53,556 nucleotides of DNA, taken from positions 1 through 53,556 of IMG/VR virus record IMGVR_UViG_3300048838_000256. One strand, written 5' to 3'. Position numbers and translations under genes: made by a program. Of this stretch, positions 33,312-43,380 are shown in pieces. Position 1 is the first letter of the stretch. Every line of letters starts with the position of its first letter. The DNA is from a virus. Lineage: Duplodnaviria > Caudoviricetes. The notes beneath the pieces were generated by a model that did no database searches, had not been told where the DNA came from, and saw only the letters and a list, made by a program, of their open reading frames with translations.

Positions 33312-34624
33312 CACGCAAGCGTCAGGTTCACCGCCCGCGTCACGCCGTCGCCACCGCGCATGCTGATCCGAAGGGTCGTGTTGTTGACGCGCGTGAAGAC
33401 CATCGTGCTGTTCTCGTCCAGGGTCGGCACTGTGGTCCGCAGGTCGGTGATGACGTTGCCGACGCTGTCGATCAGGATGCGGGCGTTGTTGTTCTGGCCG
33501 CGGATCGACAGTTGGTCGGTGGCGTGGTCGTAGGTGATCCCGGCCTCGATCGCATCGTCGGTGTCGCACAGGTAGACCGCCGACGCGCCCTGCGGGTTTG
33601 CGCAAATCGACAGGGCGCAGCCGCTGGACGCCACGCCGCCGCCGACGGCCAGGGCCAGAGCGGTGCCGCCGTTGTAGCCGCCGGTCGGCGTTTCGACGGC
33701 GCCACCCAGGCGGCTGATGCCGACGCGCACCGGCGAGTCGCTGCTGTTACCGAAGGTGGTGTTCCCCAGAACACTGGCCGCGTTGTACGCCGTGACCTTG
33801 CCGGCGCTGTCGATCCGCATGCGCTCGCTGGCGCTGCTGGCGCCGTCGGCGGTGGTCAGGAACGACAGGCGCCCAGGCATGTCGTTCGTGCCGGGGGTGC
33901 CGTCCACCGTCGCGGTGATTTGCGCGCCCGGGATGACGTTGGTCCCATCGCTGCCGCCGAAGCGAACCGTGCCGAGCGTGTCCCCCGACTGCACCACGGC
34001 ATGCGTGCCCACCGTCCCGCTGCGCGACTTGGAGAAGTAGAGGTTGGAGCCGTTGATGTCGGCGCTGAATGCCTGCACTGACGCCGTGGCAGCCGAGAAG
34101 CCGGCGCCCTGGACCTGGAGCCCCGGGCTGACGCCGGATGCCGGGGAGAAGTTCGCCGTGCCGCCGATCAGCAGTCGGTTTCCCGCGTCGACGCGCAGCG
34201 CCTCGGTGCCGGCGGTCGAGGCCGCCAAGGTGTTGGGCGCCGGCCAGAACCAGCCGGTGTCCACGTCCGCTGCGTTGGCGACGCCCGGCGTGGCCGCGGC
34301 GCCGGCCGAGAACTTGCCGGCGCCGGCGCCGTTGACCATTGCACCCACGGCGGCTACCAGCGCCGCGGCCTGGGCGGCGAGGTCACGAATCTCGCCCTGC
34401 GTGGGGAACAGGTCGTACTGCTGGCCCGCCAGCGTCGAGCCGGCGTAGTTGCGTGCGAGCGTGATGCTGGTGTTGCTGTTCACCGCCAGCACCTGATAGG
34501 CGCGTCCGTCAGGCCCCTGAAACACCCAGCCCTGGCGCACGTTGGCGGCCCAGGACGTTCCGCTGCCGGTGACGGTCGGGCTGCCGTTGGTGACGGTCAC
34601 GGTTCCGGTGGTGTACCAGCTCAT
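33311..34624 (-). CDS. Tail fibre protein
   Basis: MSWY.TGTV.VTNGS.TVTG.GT.W N-terminus; repeated ERMRIDS.G-type units. Confidence 0.85.
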   Translation of the reverse strand: MSWYTTGTVTVTNGSPTVTGSGTSWAANVRQGWVFQGPDGRAYQVLAVNSNTSITLARNYAGSTLAGQQYDLFPTQGEIRDLAAQAAALVAAVGAMVNGAGAGKFSAGAAATPGVANAADVDTGWFWPAPNTLAASTAGTEALRVDAGNRLLIGGTANFSPASGVSPGLQVQGAGFSAATASVQAFSADINGSNLYFSKSRSGTVGTHAVVQSGDTLGTVRFGGSDGTNVIPGAQITATVDGTPGTNDMPGRLSFLTTADGASSASERMRIDSAGKVTAYNAASVLGNTTFGNSSDSPVRVGISRLGGAVETPTGGYNGGTALALAVGGGVASSGCALSICANPQGASAVYLCDTDDAIEAGITYDHATDQLSIRGQNNNARILIDSVGNVITDLRTTVPTLDENSTMVFTRVNNTTLRISMRGGDGVTRAVNLTLA

Positions 34625-34627
34625 GGC

Positions 34628-35185
34628 TTACTCCTGCGGCCACTGGACCGCGTCTGCTTCCTCGATTGTCGTTGCCGCGTCGACCGCAGCGCGAAGCGTG
34701 CGGGCGGTGGCGTGCGCCTGCTGCACGAGCGAGCCCAGCAACAGGCCGACGTTGACCATCGCGGTCGCGTCGAGCGTGACGACGGTGTTGTCGGCCAGGG
34801 TCCAGGCGATCGACACCGGCTGGCCCAGGTCGGTCAGCGTGCGCGCCAGCAGCACGCCCTCGGCGATGTTCTGGCGCTCCGGCGGCGCGGTCTGGAAGGC
34901 GCCGTAGGGCGTGACGATGCCGGCGTCGATGTGCGCCGCGCGCGCGAGCTTGATGCGCTCCCACGCCTGGGCCTGGGCCTGGGCCAGCGTGCGGACGTCT
35001 ACCCACGACAGGGTGCCATCGGGGCTGCACTGAAGCGCGCCCTCTGCAGGGCCTGCAGGCCACCCCGACAACGGCTCTGCCAGCGCGACGACGGTGTGCC
35101 CCTGCGGAACGACCGTGGCATCCGGGGCTGCCGTGATCCTGTCCACGGCGCCATCGGGAGCGACAACAGCGTGCGTGAAACTCAC
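34628..35185 (-). CDS. Tail fibre assembly-like protein (DUF4376 type)
   Basis: W.D.RTL...W..IK.AR, WTLADN..V.L, L.A.V.AA.T..E..AV.W. Confidence 0.75.
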   Translation of the reverse strand: MSFTHAVVAPDGAVDRITAAPDATVVPQGHTVVALAEPLSGWPAGPAEGALQCSPDGTLSWVDVRTLAQAQAQAWERIKLARAAHIDAGIVTPYGAFQTAPPERQNIAEGVLLARTLTDLGQPVSIAWTLADNTVVTLDATAMVNVGLLLGSLVQQAHATARTLRAAVDAATTIEEADAVQWPQE

Positions 35186-38010
35186 GGCGGACTCCCGAAG
35201 GTGCCAAACCCGACGCGGGAAATGGTCGCGGACAGCCCGTTGGAATCGATCACGGTGCAGGTCGCGCGCACGCGAATGATGCAGTCCTTGTTGCTCCTGG
35301 CTGAAGCGCTGGCGATGTTGCCGTCGGCGCCGCTGAACGAGCAGAAGCCGCCGTCGTCGCCGGATGCGGGCTCGGTCGTGTTGGCCCAGTCCCATGTCCA
35401 TGAGTAGGTGTAGGGGGCGGTGCCGCCCGTGGCCGTGACGGTGATCGAGCCTAGGGATCGGACGATGGTCGGGCTCTTGGTGAAGGAGTCGTTGGCGAAG
35501 TTGCCGGCCGCCGGCGTGACCTTGTTGAGCTTGATCTCCAGGTTCGTGCCGGTCCACTTCAGGTACTGGCTCGCATCGCCGACGCGCAGCTTGGCAAGCC
35601 CGCCGTCGATGCCCGTCCAGAAGCCGCTGACGGTGTTGGCGTAAGTCGCGCCGTTGACGCTGACCGAGCCGACGAACTGACCTGTCGAGCCGGTGATGTC
35701 GCCCTTGACCGTGACGTCGCCGGTCGTCGTGATCGAGAACGTGGTCTGCGACGCCTTGCGCCCGACGAGGCCGGTGTTGCCCAGGTACAGCCCATCGTTG
35801 ACCGTGCCGACGAGGATGGCCGTGGCCGCGTTCAGGTTGATCGGGCCGGTCAGAGTGTCGGCGCCCGACTTGGCGAGCCGGGCAGTCAGAGCCAGCGTAG
35901 CGTCGTCCTGGGCCGCCAGCGCGTCCGCGATGGCCTGCGTAGCGTCCACCTGGGCGGCGTCCGCGCGATCCTTGGCGTTCTTCGCAATGCGGTTGAGCAG
36001 GCTGTTCCGGCTCGCCCACAGGTTGTCCCAGTTCGTGTCGAACGTCGAGCGGACGATGGTGCTGGTCACCGAGCGGTTTACCAGCAAGCCGCTGGCACCA
36101 GTCAGGTAGGTGTTGAGCGTGCCGTAGTAGGTCGCGTATGTCGTGCGGTCCACGCCAGCGGCATCGGCCTTGGCGAGCAGGTCTGAGTGCCCCTGCAGCA
36201 CGCTGCGCCAGATGGTGAACAGTTGCTCCTTCTCGGCCGGCGTGAGCCTGTCGTCGGCCGCGATCTCGTCGAGTTCGTCCTGGGCGGCCGCGGCGTCGAG
36301 CAGGGCCTGGGTGGCGTCGGCTTCCGCGTTGGTGGCTTTCGTGACCAGGGTGGCCGCCACCATGCCGCCCACCTGCCCGGTGACGTTTCCCAGGAACGTC
36401 GACGCCGCGACCGACGCGCCGGCCGTCAGGACCGGCGAGTCGTCCAGCGCGAAGATCGACAACCCGCGCGCATTGATCTGGGCGGCGGTCAGCTGGCCCC
36501 GGATCGAAGCCGCGCCGAACTCGGCCGTGCCGTTGGCGCTGATGCGCCAGCCTGACGATCCCGACACGTAGTTCGTGCTCTGGATGTAGCTTCCAACGCG
36601 CAGCGAGCCGGCCAGGATCTGCGCCGCGGTGATGTCGGCGGCCGTGATGTCGTCGGCGACCAGGCTCTGAATCGTGGCGTAGACGGCGACCAGGTTCTCG
36701 ATGAACGCGCCGCGGATGTAGACGCCGGCCGGCCTGGTGACGCCGCTGTCATCCCAGGTGCCCGTCTTGACGATGAACGGGATCAGCGTCTCGGTCGTGC
36801 CGCCACCGCTGGGCGCCGCGACGTAGAAGGTGTCGGCCCTCACGCCGAAGTCGATTTTCGGGCCGCCGGCTGCGGTGGCGGTCGCCGACAGGCCGAACCC
36901 GCCGACCAGAGTGCTGCCGCCCGCGCCGACTTCCGCGCGCACGGTGTAGAGCGCCTGCACCGACCCGTCGAGCGATGCGGTCGCGCTCTCGGCAACCTGC
37001 AGCGCCGCGTAGGTGGGGTTGTTGTCGACGGTCGGGTTGTCGATGGCCGCCTGGAGGTCCAGGGACCGCTGCGCGACAACCGTCAGGTCTTCGTCGATCG
37101 AGGTCGTCAACTGCTCGACGGCGTCGGCCCGGGCCAGCAGGCCGGTTCCAGGTTCGGACACGACGGCCGTCAGCGCCAGCACGTCCTGCGCCAACCGCAC
37201 GTCGACCTCAGTCAATTCGGTCTGGACGCGCGTGATCGCGGCGCCGCGCGCTACGTTTTCCTCGTGCACCAGCAAGGCGGCACGCAGGGCGCCCATCGCG
37301 GCGCTGTCGTCGTTCTCGCCGATCTGGCCGATCGGCGTCCCCAGGTCCATGAACAGCTGGCTCGCCGTGATCTGGCCGGTCAGCACGTCCAGCAGGTAGC
37401 CCACATCGAGGCCCAGCGTCGTCGCGTACTGGCCGTTCACCCCGCCGGAGGGCGACACCTGCGGCACGTCGTCGTTCGTGCGGTTGATGAGCCAGAAGTG
37501 GACTTGCACGCCCAGGCCTGCCTGGTACGCGAAGATCGGCGCGATCTCCTTGGACACCAGCATTGCGTCGGAGAACGTCGGCAGCGGGCCGGTGCCGCCG
37601 TACTGCGCCGCCCAGACCTCGGTGTAGGCGTGGCCGTTGCCCTCCGAGTAGATCGGCTGCTCCCACTCGACGAACAGATAGGAGAACCCCGGCGTCACAC
37701 CCACGAACACGGCGGGCGGCGGCGGCGTCAGGTCGGGGACGTAGGTGTCGCCAGGCGGCCCGGGAACGCCAGGCGGCCCGGGCGGGCCCGGAATGGCGTC
37801 GACCACGCCAGCGTAGCGGCCGGACGACAGCAGCGCGATGAGCCCCAGGTCGGCCAGGTCGGCGAACGTGACGCCCTTCTGCAGCGGCGTGCCGCGACGA
37901 CCCTCGCGGGTCTGGATGACCTCGCGCACGCGCTCCAGGAAGCGCTGCAGCTGCGCCGTGTCGCTGACGACTACGTCGCCGACGTCGGGGACAGGCTTGG
38001 TCGTCGCCAT
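35182..38010 (-). CDS. Tail fibre / host specificity protein (J-like segment)
   Basis: PDLTPPP, H.YTEVW, A.YTV..GFGL..F.V.AD.F...PF.V...GVYI..AFI, IQS.NY..G..GW.I. Confidence 0.8.
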   Translation of the reverse strand: MATTKPVPDVGDVVVSDTAQLQRFLERVREVIQTREGRRGTPLQKGVTFADLADLGLIALLSSGRYAGVVDAIPGPPGPPGVPGPPGDTYVPDLTPPPPAVFVGVTPGFSYLFVEWEQPIYSEGNGHAYTEVWAAQYGGTGPLPTFSDAMLVSKEIAPIFAYQAGLGVQVHFWLINRTNDDVPQVSPSGGVNGQYATTLGLDVGYLLDVLTGQITASQLFMDLGTPIGQIGENDDSAAMGALRAALLVHEENVARGAAITRVQTELTEVDVRLAQDVLALTAVVSEPGTGLLARADAVEQLTTSIDEDLTVVAQRSLDLQAAIDNPTVDNNPTYAALQVAESATASLDGSVQALYTVRAEVGAGGSTLVGGFGLSATATAAGGPKIDFGVRADTFYVAAPSGGGTTETLIPFIVKTGTWDDSGVTRPAGVYIRGAFIENLVAVYATIQSLVADDITAADITAAQILAGSLRVGSYIQSTNYVSGSSGWRISANGTAEFGAASIRGQLTAAQINARGLSIFALDDSPVLTAGASVAASTFLGNVTGQVGGMVAATLVTKATNAEADATQALLDAAAAQDELDEIAADDRLTPAEKEQLFTIWRSVLQGHSDLLAKADAAGVDRTTYATYYGTLNTYLTGASGLLVNRSVTSTIVRSTFDTNWDNLWASRNSLLNRIAKNAKDRADAAQVDATQAIADALAAQDDATLALTARLAKSGADTLTGPINLNAATAILVGTVNDGLYLGNTGLVGRKASQTTFSITTTGDVTVKGDITGSTGQFVGSVSVNGATYANTVSGFWTGIDGGLAKLRVGDASQYLKWTGTNLEIKLNKVTPAAGNFANDSFTKSPTIVRSLGSITVTATGGTAPYTYSWTWDWANTTEPASGDDGGFCSFSGADGNIASASARSNKDCIIRVRATCTVIDSNGLSATISRVGFGTFGSPP

Positions 38011-38017
38011 GCCGGCC

Positions 38018-39640
38018 TCACGGCACCTGCCTGAGATCCTGCAGCGAGCCGGCCAGGGTCACGCCCTGCACCGCGCCGGCCGTCGCCACGCGGATCTTCC
38101 ACTCGGCGCCGCGCTTGCCACGCGGCAGCCGAAACGCCTTGCCGCTGGCAACCGACACGCTCGACAGCACCGCCTGCCCGTCCGACCACACCGATAGCGT
38201 GACCGGGTAGCTGCTGGCGATGACCTGCCCCCAAGCCATCGACTCCGGCCGCACCAGACGCTCCGTGCGCGAGTCGAAGGTCGCGGTCAGCGTCGAGCCG
38301 GCGTTCCACTTCTGCACGTTCGCGCCGTTGAGCACGTAGAGCGAGTCGGCCAGCTGGTCGTAGTGCGCGGCGGTGAACCCGCTGTCGCAGAAGTACAGCC
38401 CGACCGGGTCGCCCGGCCCGATCGACGGGTCGATGATGAAGCTCTTGCGACCGCCTCCCGGGTCATAGCTGCCGACGTACAGGCCCTCGTAGCGCCCAGC
38501 GATCAGTGTGCCCGGATTCAGCGCCAGCCAGTCCTCTTGCAGCGCGCGGCCACCCGTCAGCATGCGGTAGCCGCCGTCGCCGATGTAGTTGAGCCCGTCG
38601 CGCGACGGCCAGGCCACGCCATGACCGAAGGCCACGACGCCGAGGGCGGCAATGCACGCCTGGTCGATCTCGAGCGGCTGCGGCTGCATCGACTCGGGGC
38701 TGGACCCGCTCACGAGGTAGGGGTGCCCGGTCGTCAACACGACCAGGCTGGTGCGCCAGCGCGCCAGCGCCACGATCTCGTCGTCCAGCGGCACCCGGTA
38801 GGCCTCCGGCCACGCGAACGGGCGGAACGGCTCGCAGAAGTAGAGGTCTTTGCCCTTGAACGCGGCCATCATGCCGTTCCACAGCGAGGTCAGGCCCGCC
38901 AAGCTGCCGTCGGGGTAATCCCACTCGGCCGACGGCAGCGGGTTGAAAGCGTTGAACGCATCGCCGGTGTCGACGAAGGCGGTCGCAGCGGCCGCCTCGG
39001 TGACGTAGAGGTAGTCCGCGCCGGACCCCGCCACCGTGCGGTAGATCCGCCACTTCGTCAGGCCATGCGCTCCCGACGGTACAGATGCGTTGCGCGTGAC
39101 GCGAATCGTCGCCCCGGGCTTGGTCGTGATGACCGCGGCCGTGCTGGGCGCGCTCTCTTCCTCGCGGTCGTTGACCCAGGTCACGACGTAGGCGCGGCTC
39201 TCGTCGTCGCCGCTGCCGGCCACGGTCTGCGTCAGCGACGGCGTTGCATCTGGCACCGGCACGCCCAGCAGCCGCACACCGGTCGACGTCGGGTAGGGCG
39301 TCGCGCCAAGCCCGATCGAAGCGTCCGTCCACTTGGGTTGCCCGTTGCCGGTCCAGAACGTGCGCTCGGCATCGTCGCCAGGCAGCATCCCGCGCGCGAC
39401 GTCGACCTTCGTCGACCAGGCCAGCCAGTAGGCCGCGTCGCTCACCGCGTCGCGGCCCATGCGGTAGATCGTCGCGCTGCCACCCGGGACGGTCGCCACC
39501 GTCAGGGGCGCCTTCCACGGCCGCAGGTCGCCGCGGCCGGGCCGCTGGTTCCAGCACGCCACGCCCACGCCGGGCGGCACGATCAGCGGATGCAGCGCCA
39601 GGTTGGCGCCTGCGAATCGGTCGAAGCGCAGCAGGCTCAT
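38018..39640 (-). CDS. Tail tubular/nozzle-like protein
   Basis: RAYVVTWV..EES.PS, RIYRT, NG.MA.F....L.FCEP..P.AWP..Y, AFRLP.G; tail gene context. Confidence 0.7.
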   Translation of the reverse strand: MSLLRFDRFAGANLALHPLIVPPGVGVACWNQRPGRGDLRPWKAPLTVATVPGGSATIYRMGRDAVSDAAYWLAWSTKVDVARGMLPGDDAERTFWTGNGQPKWTDASIGLGATPYPTSTGVRLLGVPVPDATPSLTQTVAGSGDDESRAYVVTWVNDREEESAPSTAAVITTKPGATIRVTRNASVPSGAHGLTKWRIYRTVAGSGADYLYVTEAAAATAFVDTGDAFNAFNPLPSAEWDYPDGSLAGLTSLWNGMMAAFKGKDLYFCEPFRPFAWPEAYRVPLDDEIVALARWRTSLVVLTTGHPYLVSGSSPESMQPQPLEIDQACIAALGVVAFGHGVAWPSRDGLNYIGDGGYRMLTGGRALQEDWLALNPGTLIAGRYEGLYVGSYDPGGGRKSFIIDPSIGPGDPVGLYFCDSGFTAAHYDQLADSLYVLNGANVQKWNAGSTLTATFDSRTERLVRPESMAWGQVIASSYPVTLSVWSDGQAVLSSVSVASGKAFRLPRGKRGAEWKIRVATAGAVQGVTLAGSLQDLRQVP

Positions 39641-39650
39641 GCTGCGCCCT

Positions 39651-40268
39651 TCAGCACCACGTCGGCGTGGCGCGCGGCCCGCTGCGGGCGCGGTTGAAGT
39701 ACGTCGCGGCGATGGCGCGGCCGACCTCATCATCGAACATCGACGACATGGCGGAAGCCATGCGCTCGTCGCGGCCGTCGGGCGTCATCGCGAGCTTGGC
39801 CGCGGCGCCGTAGGCGATGGCGTGCGCGTACTGCGCGAACAGTTCGTCGGCCACCGCGGCGGCGTCGGCGGTCGGCTCCAGGGCCAGCCGGACCTCGACG
39901 GCCTCCACCGCCGAGGGTTTGGGGTAGATCGTCAACTTGGACGTGCCGGACAGGTAGGCCGCCTCGGGCACGCTGTTGTTGGTGACGACGTCGGCCAGCG
40001 CGTCGAGCTCGGCCGGCGTGGTCAGGCGCATGGCGCGGCCCCCGACGCGGCAGGACAGCAGCTTGGCGGCCTGCAGGCCGGTGCCGCAGTCCAGGGTGTA
40101 CTCGGCGGTCCCGATCACGGTGTTGAAGGCGGCCAGCGCCGCCTGGTGCGCCAGGGTGCGCCGGCAGAAGTCGATGGCCGCGCGCCGCGCCCAGAACTCG
40201 ATGGCCACGCTCGGCGCGTTGGGGCAGTGCTGCCCCACCAGAGGCAGGAACTCGGCCAGCGCCGTCAC
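39651..40268 (-). CDS. Head-tail adaptor-like protein
   Basis: F.P.V....P.AP......R.AAI.FC.RT; L.P...A..I..GA...L...P. Confidence 0.65.
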   Translation of the reverse strand: MTALAEFLPLVGQHCPNAPSVAIEFWARRAAIDFCRRTLAHQAALAAFNTVIGTAEYTLDCGTGLQAAKLLSCRVGGRAMRLTTPAELDALADVVTNNSVPEAAYLSGTSKLTIYPKPSAVEAVEVRLALEPTADAAAVADELFAQYAHAIAYGAAAKLAMTPDGRDERMASAMSSMFDDEVGRAIAATYFNRARSGPRATPTWC

Positions 40269-40271
40269 GGG

Positions 40272-40946
40272 TTACAGCCCGGCCGGGGTCGGCGTGGCGC
40301 CCGGCGTGTTCTGCACCGGCGACAGCGCCTTGTCCACCGTGCCCTTGACGCCCAGCAGTGCCTCGGCCAGCTGGCGGTACGCGCCGGCAGCGCCCTGGTC
40401 TGCGGCATGCTCGACCTCCTTGGCCTTGGCACGGAACAGCACGTAGTTCACGACCGGGTCGAGGTAGATGTCGGGCGGCGACAGATCCACGGACGCGAGA
40501 TCCCCCACGACGATCTTCACCGGAACGCGCGAGTAGACGATGTTCAGCGACTGGCCTGAACCCGGCGACGGCGGGTAGACGTAGAAGGTCGTCGGGTCGC
40601 GGTTGTCGAAGGTGAAGTCGGTCGGCGCGGCCTGCGTGGCGCCGTGCCAGGTCGGCTGCGACGAATCCAAGCGGCGTCGGTCGACCATGCGCATGGCGCG
40701 GCCGGTGGTCACGTTGTGGACCACGTCCAGCAGGCGCAGGCCGGGCGGCGTCAAGGCCGCGATCGACTGCTTGGTTCCCGCAGCCAGGGTCATGTTGGCG
40801 TTGACGACGCTGGAGTCCGGCCGCAGCAGCGCGACGAACAGGCAGGCATCGTTGATCCACGCGACGAGTTCTTCGTCGGACCAGCCGGTGCCAGTCTCGT
40901 CGTCGAGGATCAACCGCACGCGGTCGATGATGTCCTGGCCCTTCAT
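40272..40946 (-). CDS. Head-tail adaptor-like virion protein
   Basis: II.RV..IL.D....WS..EL..W.ND...RPD, L.AGTKQ, DP..FYVYPP, YVLFRA..K. Confidence 0.75.
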   Translation of the reverse strand: MKGQDIIDRVRLILDDETGTGWSDEELVAWINDACLFVALLRPDSSVVNANMTLAAGTKQSIAALTPPGLRLLDVVHNVTTGRAMRMVDRRRLDSSQPTWHGATQAAPTDFTFDNRDPTTFYVYPPSPGSGQSLNIVYSRVPVKIVVGDLASVDLSPPDIYLDPVVNYVLFRAKAKEVEHAADQGAAGAYRQLAEALLGVKGTVDKALSPVQNTPGATPTPAGL

Positions 40947-40958
40947 GTCGGCCTCCGA

Positions 40959-41333
40959 TCAGGTGCCGCGCTTGGCGCGCGGCTTGGCCGCGGGCTTGGC
41001 CGCGGGCGGCGTGTTGGCTTCTTCGGGCAGGGCCTCGGGGTCGGTTTCGTCGTCGTCGAGGTCTTCGCTGCCCTCGCCCGGGGCGTCGGGGTCCGCATCG
41101 GCCTCGCTGCCGCCGAGCGACATCAGCAGGTCCGCGGCCTGCGCCTGGTCCTCGGCATCCACGGGTTCGAAGCTGCCGGTCAGCAGCGCCGAGGCGATGG
41201 TGTCCTCGTCGTCCACGTCGCACACCAGATCGCCGCCGACCTGCTCGGCCTTGAACACGTAGCTCTTGCCGTTCTGGCCGCGAAGGATCACCGTGCCGTC
41301 CCGTCGCGTGAGAACCGTGGTCATCAGGCGCAT
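40959..41333 (-). CDS. Hypothetical virion-associated protein
   Basis: R.DGTV..Y.F....L.CDV; acidic then basic tail. Confidence 0.7.
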   Translation of the reverse strand: MRLMTTVLTRRDGTVILRGQNGKSYVFKAEQVGGDLVCDVDDEDTIASALLTGSFEPVDAEDQAQAADLLMSLGGSEADADPDAPGEGSEDLDDDETDPEALPEEANTPPAAKPAAKPRAKRGT

Positions 41334-41449
41334 GTCTCGTACCCTTCAAGAAAGGCGGGGGGCGCCTTGATGGGCAACCCCCCGCGACTGCCACGGCGAC
41401 CGAGGCAACTGCCCTGCCGCCACTCGTGCCATCACCCGGCGAGCCGGGG

Positions 41450-41920
41450 TCAGGCGGCGCGATACAGCAGGGTCAGGCCCAGCGTGCCGGCGGCCGGCGT
41501 CGTGGCACCGGTGGCCACCTTGACCGCCAGCTTGCGGTCGGACTGCGTGGCCTGGACGCTGACCATGTTGATGCCGGTGGGCGTGAGGCGCTGCTGGAAC
41601 GCGGCGTTCGCCGCGGTCGTCGCGCCCCAGGCGCCGCCGCCGTCGGCAGCAGCCGTCGAGAGGTCGACGCCGGCCGCGTTGAGGATGCCGACGTTGAGCA
41701 CCAGCGCCGCGGCACCGGTGTCCATGTCGGTCCCGTCGACGAGCACGTCGACCGGCACGCAGCCGGCCGGCAGCCAGCCGATCGGGCCGATGTCGCCGGT
41801 GTTGAGGTCGCCGGTGGCCATCGGCAGCGTCATGCGGCAGGCCACGACCTCGCCGCCCGACGGCGTGGGCATCGGCTTGTTGCCGGTGATGTAGGCATTC
41901 GAGCCCGTGAAAGCACCCAT
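41450..41920 (-). CDS. Capsid-associated/decoration protein
   Basis: Follows the capsid gene; AAGGAG SD; LPAG..VD..D.DTG...L.VG beta-rich pattern. Confidence 0.7.
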   Translation of the reverse strand: MGAFTGSNAYITGNKPMPTPSGGEVVACRMTLPMATGDLNTGDIGPIGWLPAGCVPVDVLVDGTDMDTGAAALVLNVGILNAAGVDLSTAAADGGGAWGATTAANAAFQQRLTPTGINMVSVQATQSDRKLAVKVATGATTPAAGTLGLTLLYRAA

Positions 41921-41950
41921 GATAGGTTCTCCTTGTTCAGTCGGTGGCGA

Positions 41951-43069
41951 TCAGCGCGACGCGCAGGCCGTGTCGATGGCGAAGCAGCCGAAGTCCTGCG
42001 CACCGACCTCGTCGGTCGTGAACCGGACCTTCTTGCAGCCGAAGATCGACGAGGACGAGATCACGACCTTGTCGCCGTTGTCCCGCGTCTCTTCGTGCCA
42101 GTCAAACCGCATGTTCGTGCCCGGGCTGCCGTAGGCGACGACCATCGCCTGCGAGCCCAGGAACAGCGCACGCGCGGCCTCGACGTTCGCAACGGAGCCG
42201 GCGTTGTTGAACCGGATCACGTTGCGGTGCGAGTGCAGGATCACGCCGCGGTACATGCCCAGGCCGCCCTTGAACATCGCGTTGTTGCGGCCCTCGGCGC
42301 CGGCCGCCGCGCGCTGGATGTCGAGCCAGTCGCCGGTCGTGGTGCTCTTGCGCAGGTCGTCCTCCTGCCACGAGTGCATCACGCACACGAACGTCTCGTT
42401 GCCGTCGATCTTGCACGGCTGCAGGACCGGGATGCCGGTCGGGCCGCCGCCCTGCACCGCGGCACGGGTCACTGCGGTGCCCACGGAGAACAGGTCGAAC
42501 TTGTCGTTCGCGTCGATGTTGTCGAACGCGGTGGCGTTGCCGCCATAGACGACGTGGTTTGAGTCCGGCGTGGCGAAGGCGTTGTTCGCGCGGCCGGTGT
42601 AGCCGGTCGGGAACAGGAAGTTCGGGTTCACGCCGCGGGAGCCGCTCATGTACATGAACGTCAGTTCGTCGTGAACGCGAGCCCACCAGTTCGACTGCTG
42701 ACGCCGCCCCTTCTCGCGCAGGTTGTGCAGCGTGCGCTTGCGGGTCATGCGACCGCCGGTGTTCACGCCGCAGCGGGCCTGGTCGATGTAGACCGCGTCG
42801 GTGTAGAAGCGCTGGCGTTCCTCGTTGTTCTCGAGGTTGTCCTCGCCCTCGACCGGAGCCATACGCATTTCGGCCAGCAGGTCGTAGAAGATCTGCTCGC
42901 CGGCGTCGGTTTCCAGATCGGTCAGGATCTGGATGGGCACTTCGGCGGCTTCACCGCGGCCCATGAAGCGCGAGGACCAATAGCCCTTCTGCGACGTGTC
43001 GAATGCCAGGAGGCCGCTGTACTTCTTGACGGCCTTGGGGTCGTTGACCCCGACGATGGTGCGTGCCAT
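41951..43069 (-). CDS. Major capsid protein, N4-gp56 family
   Basis: MART..GVND.KAVK.YS..L, L..DAG..I..DL, V.IDQ.R, G.M..KRT.H.LR, F.G.LG.Y.GV.LH.H, RALFLG.QA. Confidence 0.92.
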   Translation of the reverse strand: MARTIVGVNDPKAVKKYSGLLAFDTSQKGYWSSRFMGRGEAAEVPIQILTDLETDAGEQIFYDLLAEMRMAPVEGEDNLENNEERQRFYTDAVYIDQARCGVNTGGRMTRKRTLHNLREKGRRQQSNWWARVHDELTFMYMSGSRGVNPNFLFPTGYTGRANNAFATPDSNHVVYGGNATAFDNIDANDKFDLFSVGTAVTRAAVQGGGPTGIPVLQPCKIDGNETFVCVMHSWQEDDLRKSTTTGDWLDIQRAAAGAEGRNNAMFKGGLGMYRGVILHSHRNVIRFNNAGSVANVEAARALFLGSQAMVVAYGSPGTNMRFDWHEETRDNGDKVVISSSSIFGCKKVRFTTDEVGAQDFGCFAIDTACASR

Positions 43070-43152
43070 GAGAGTGCCCTTTCAGGTGTTGAACCAGACG
43101 GCACTCCTGCGCCACTCAGCCCGCTCCGCTCTTCGCTACCGGGCCTGCACGG

Positions 43153-43380
43153 TCATCCTGCCATGCTTGGGATTCCGTGCTGAAGCTGTTGCGCGCCGGA
43201 CTCGCGACTGATGCGCATGTCGCGCGGCGCGACGACGCGCAGCCGCGCCGCCTTGCCGCTCTTGTGCACGACTTCGACCTCCACGCCGGTGTCGCCGATC
43301 AGCAGGCGCTCGCCGGGGTGCAGGTCCATGCAGATCCGGCCCACACGCTGCTGATCGCTCGACACGTCGGCCTCGATCAC
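43153..43380 (-). CDS. csrA: CsrA/RsmA-fold protein
   Basis: GERLLIGD..V.V.V....G..ARL.V.AP.DM.I.RE aligns to the CsrA pattern; GTG overlaps the scaffold stop. Confidence 0.7.
   Translation of the reverse strand: MIEADVSSDQQRVGRICMDLHPGERLLIGDTGVEVEVVHKSGKAARLRVVAPRDMRISRESGAQQLQHGIPSMAG

Noticed and set aside
33311-38010. Diversity-generating retroelement or invertible tail fibre system
   Set aside because: No reverse transcriptase, invertase or TR/VR repeat pair noticed in the window
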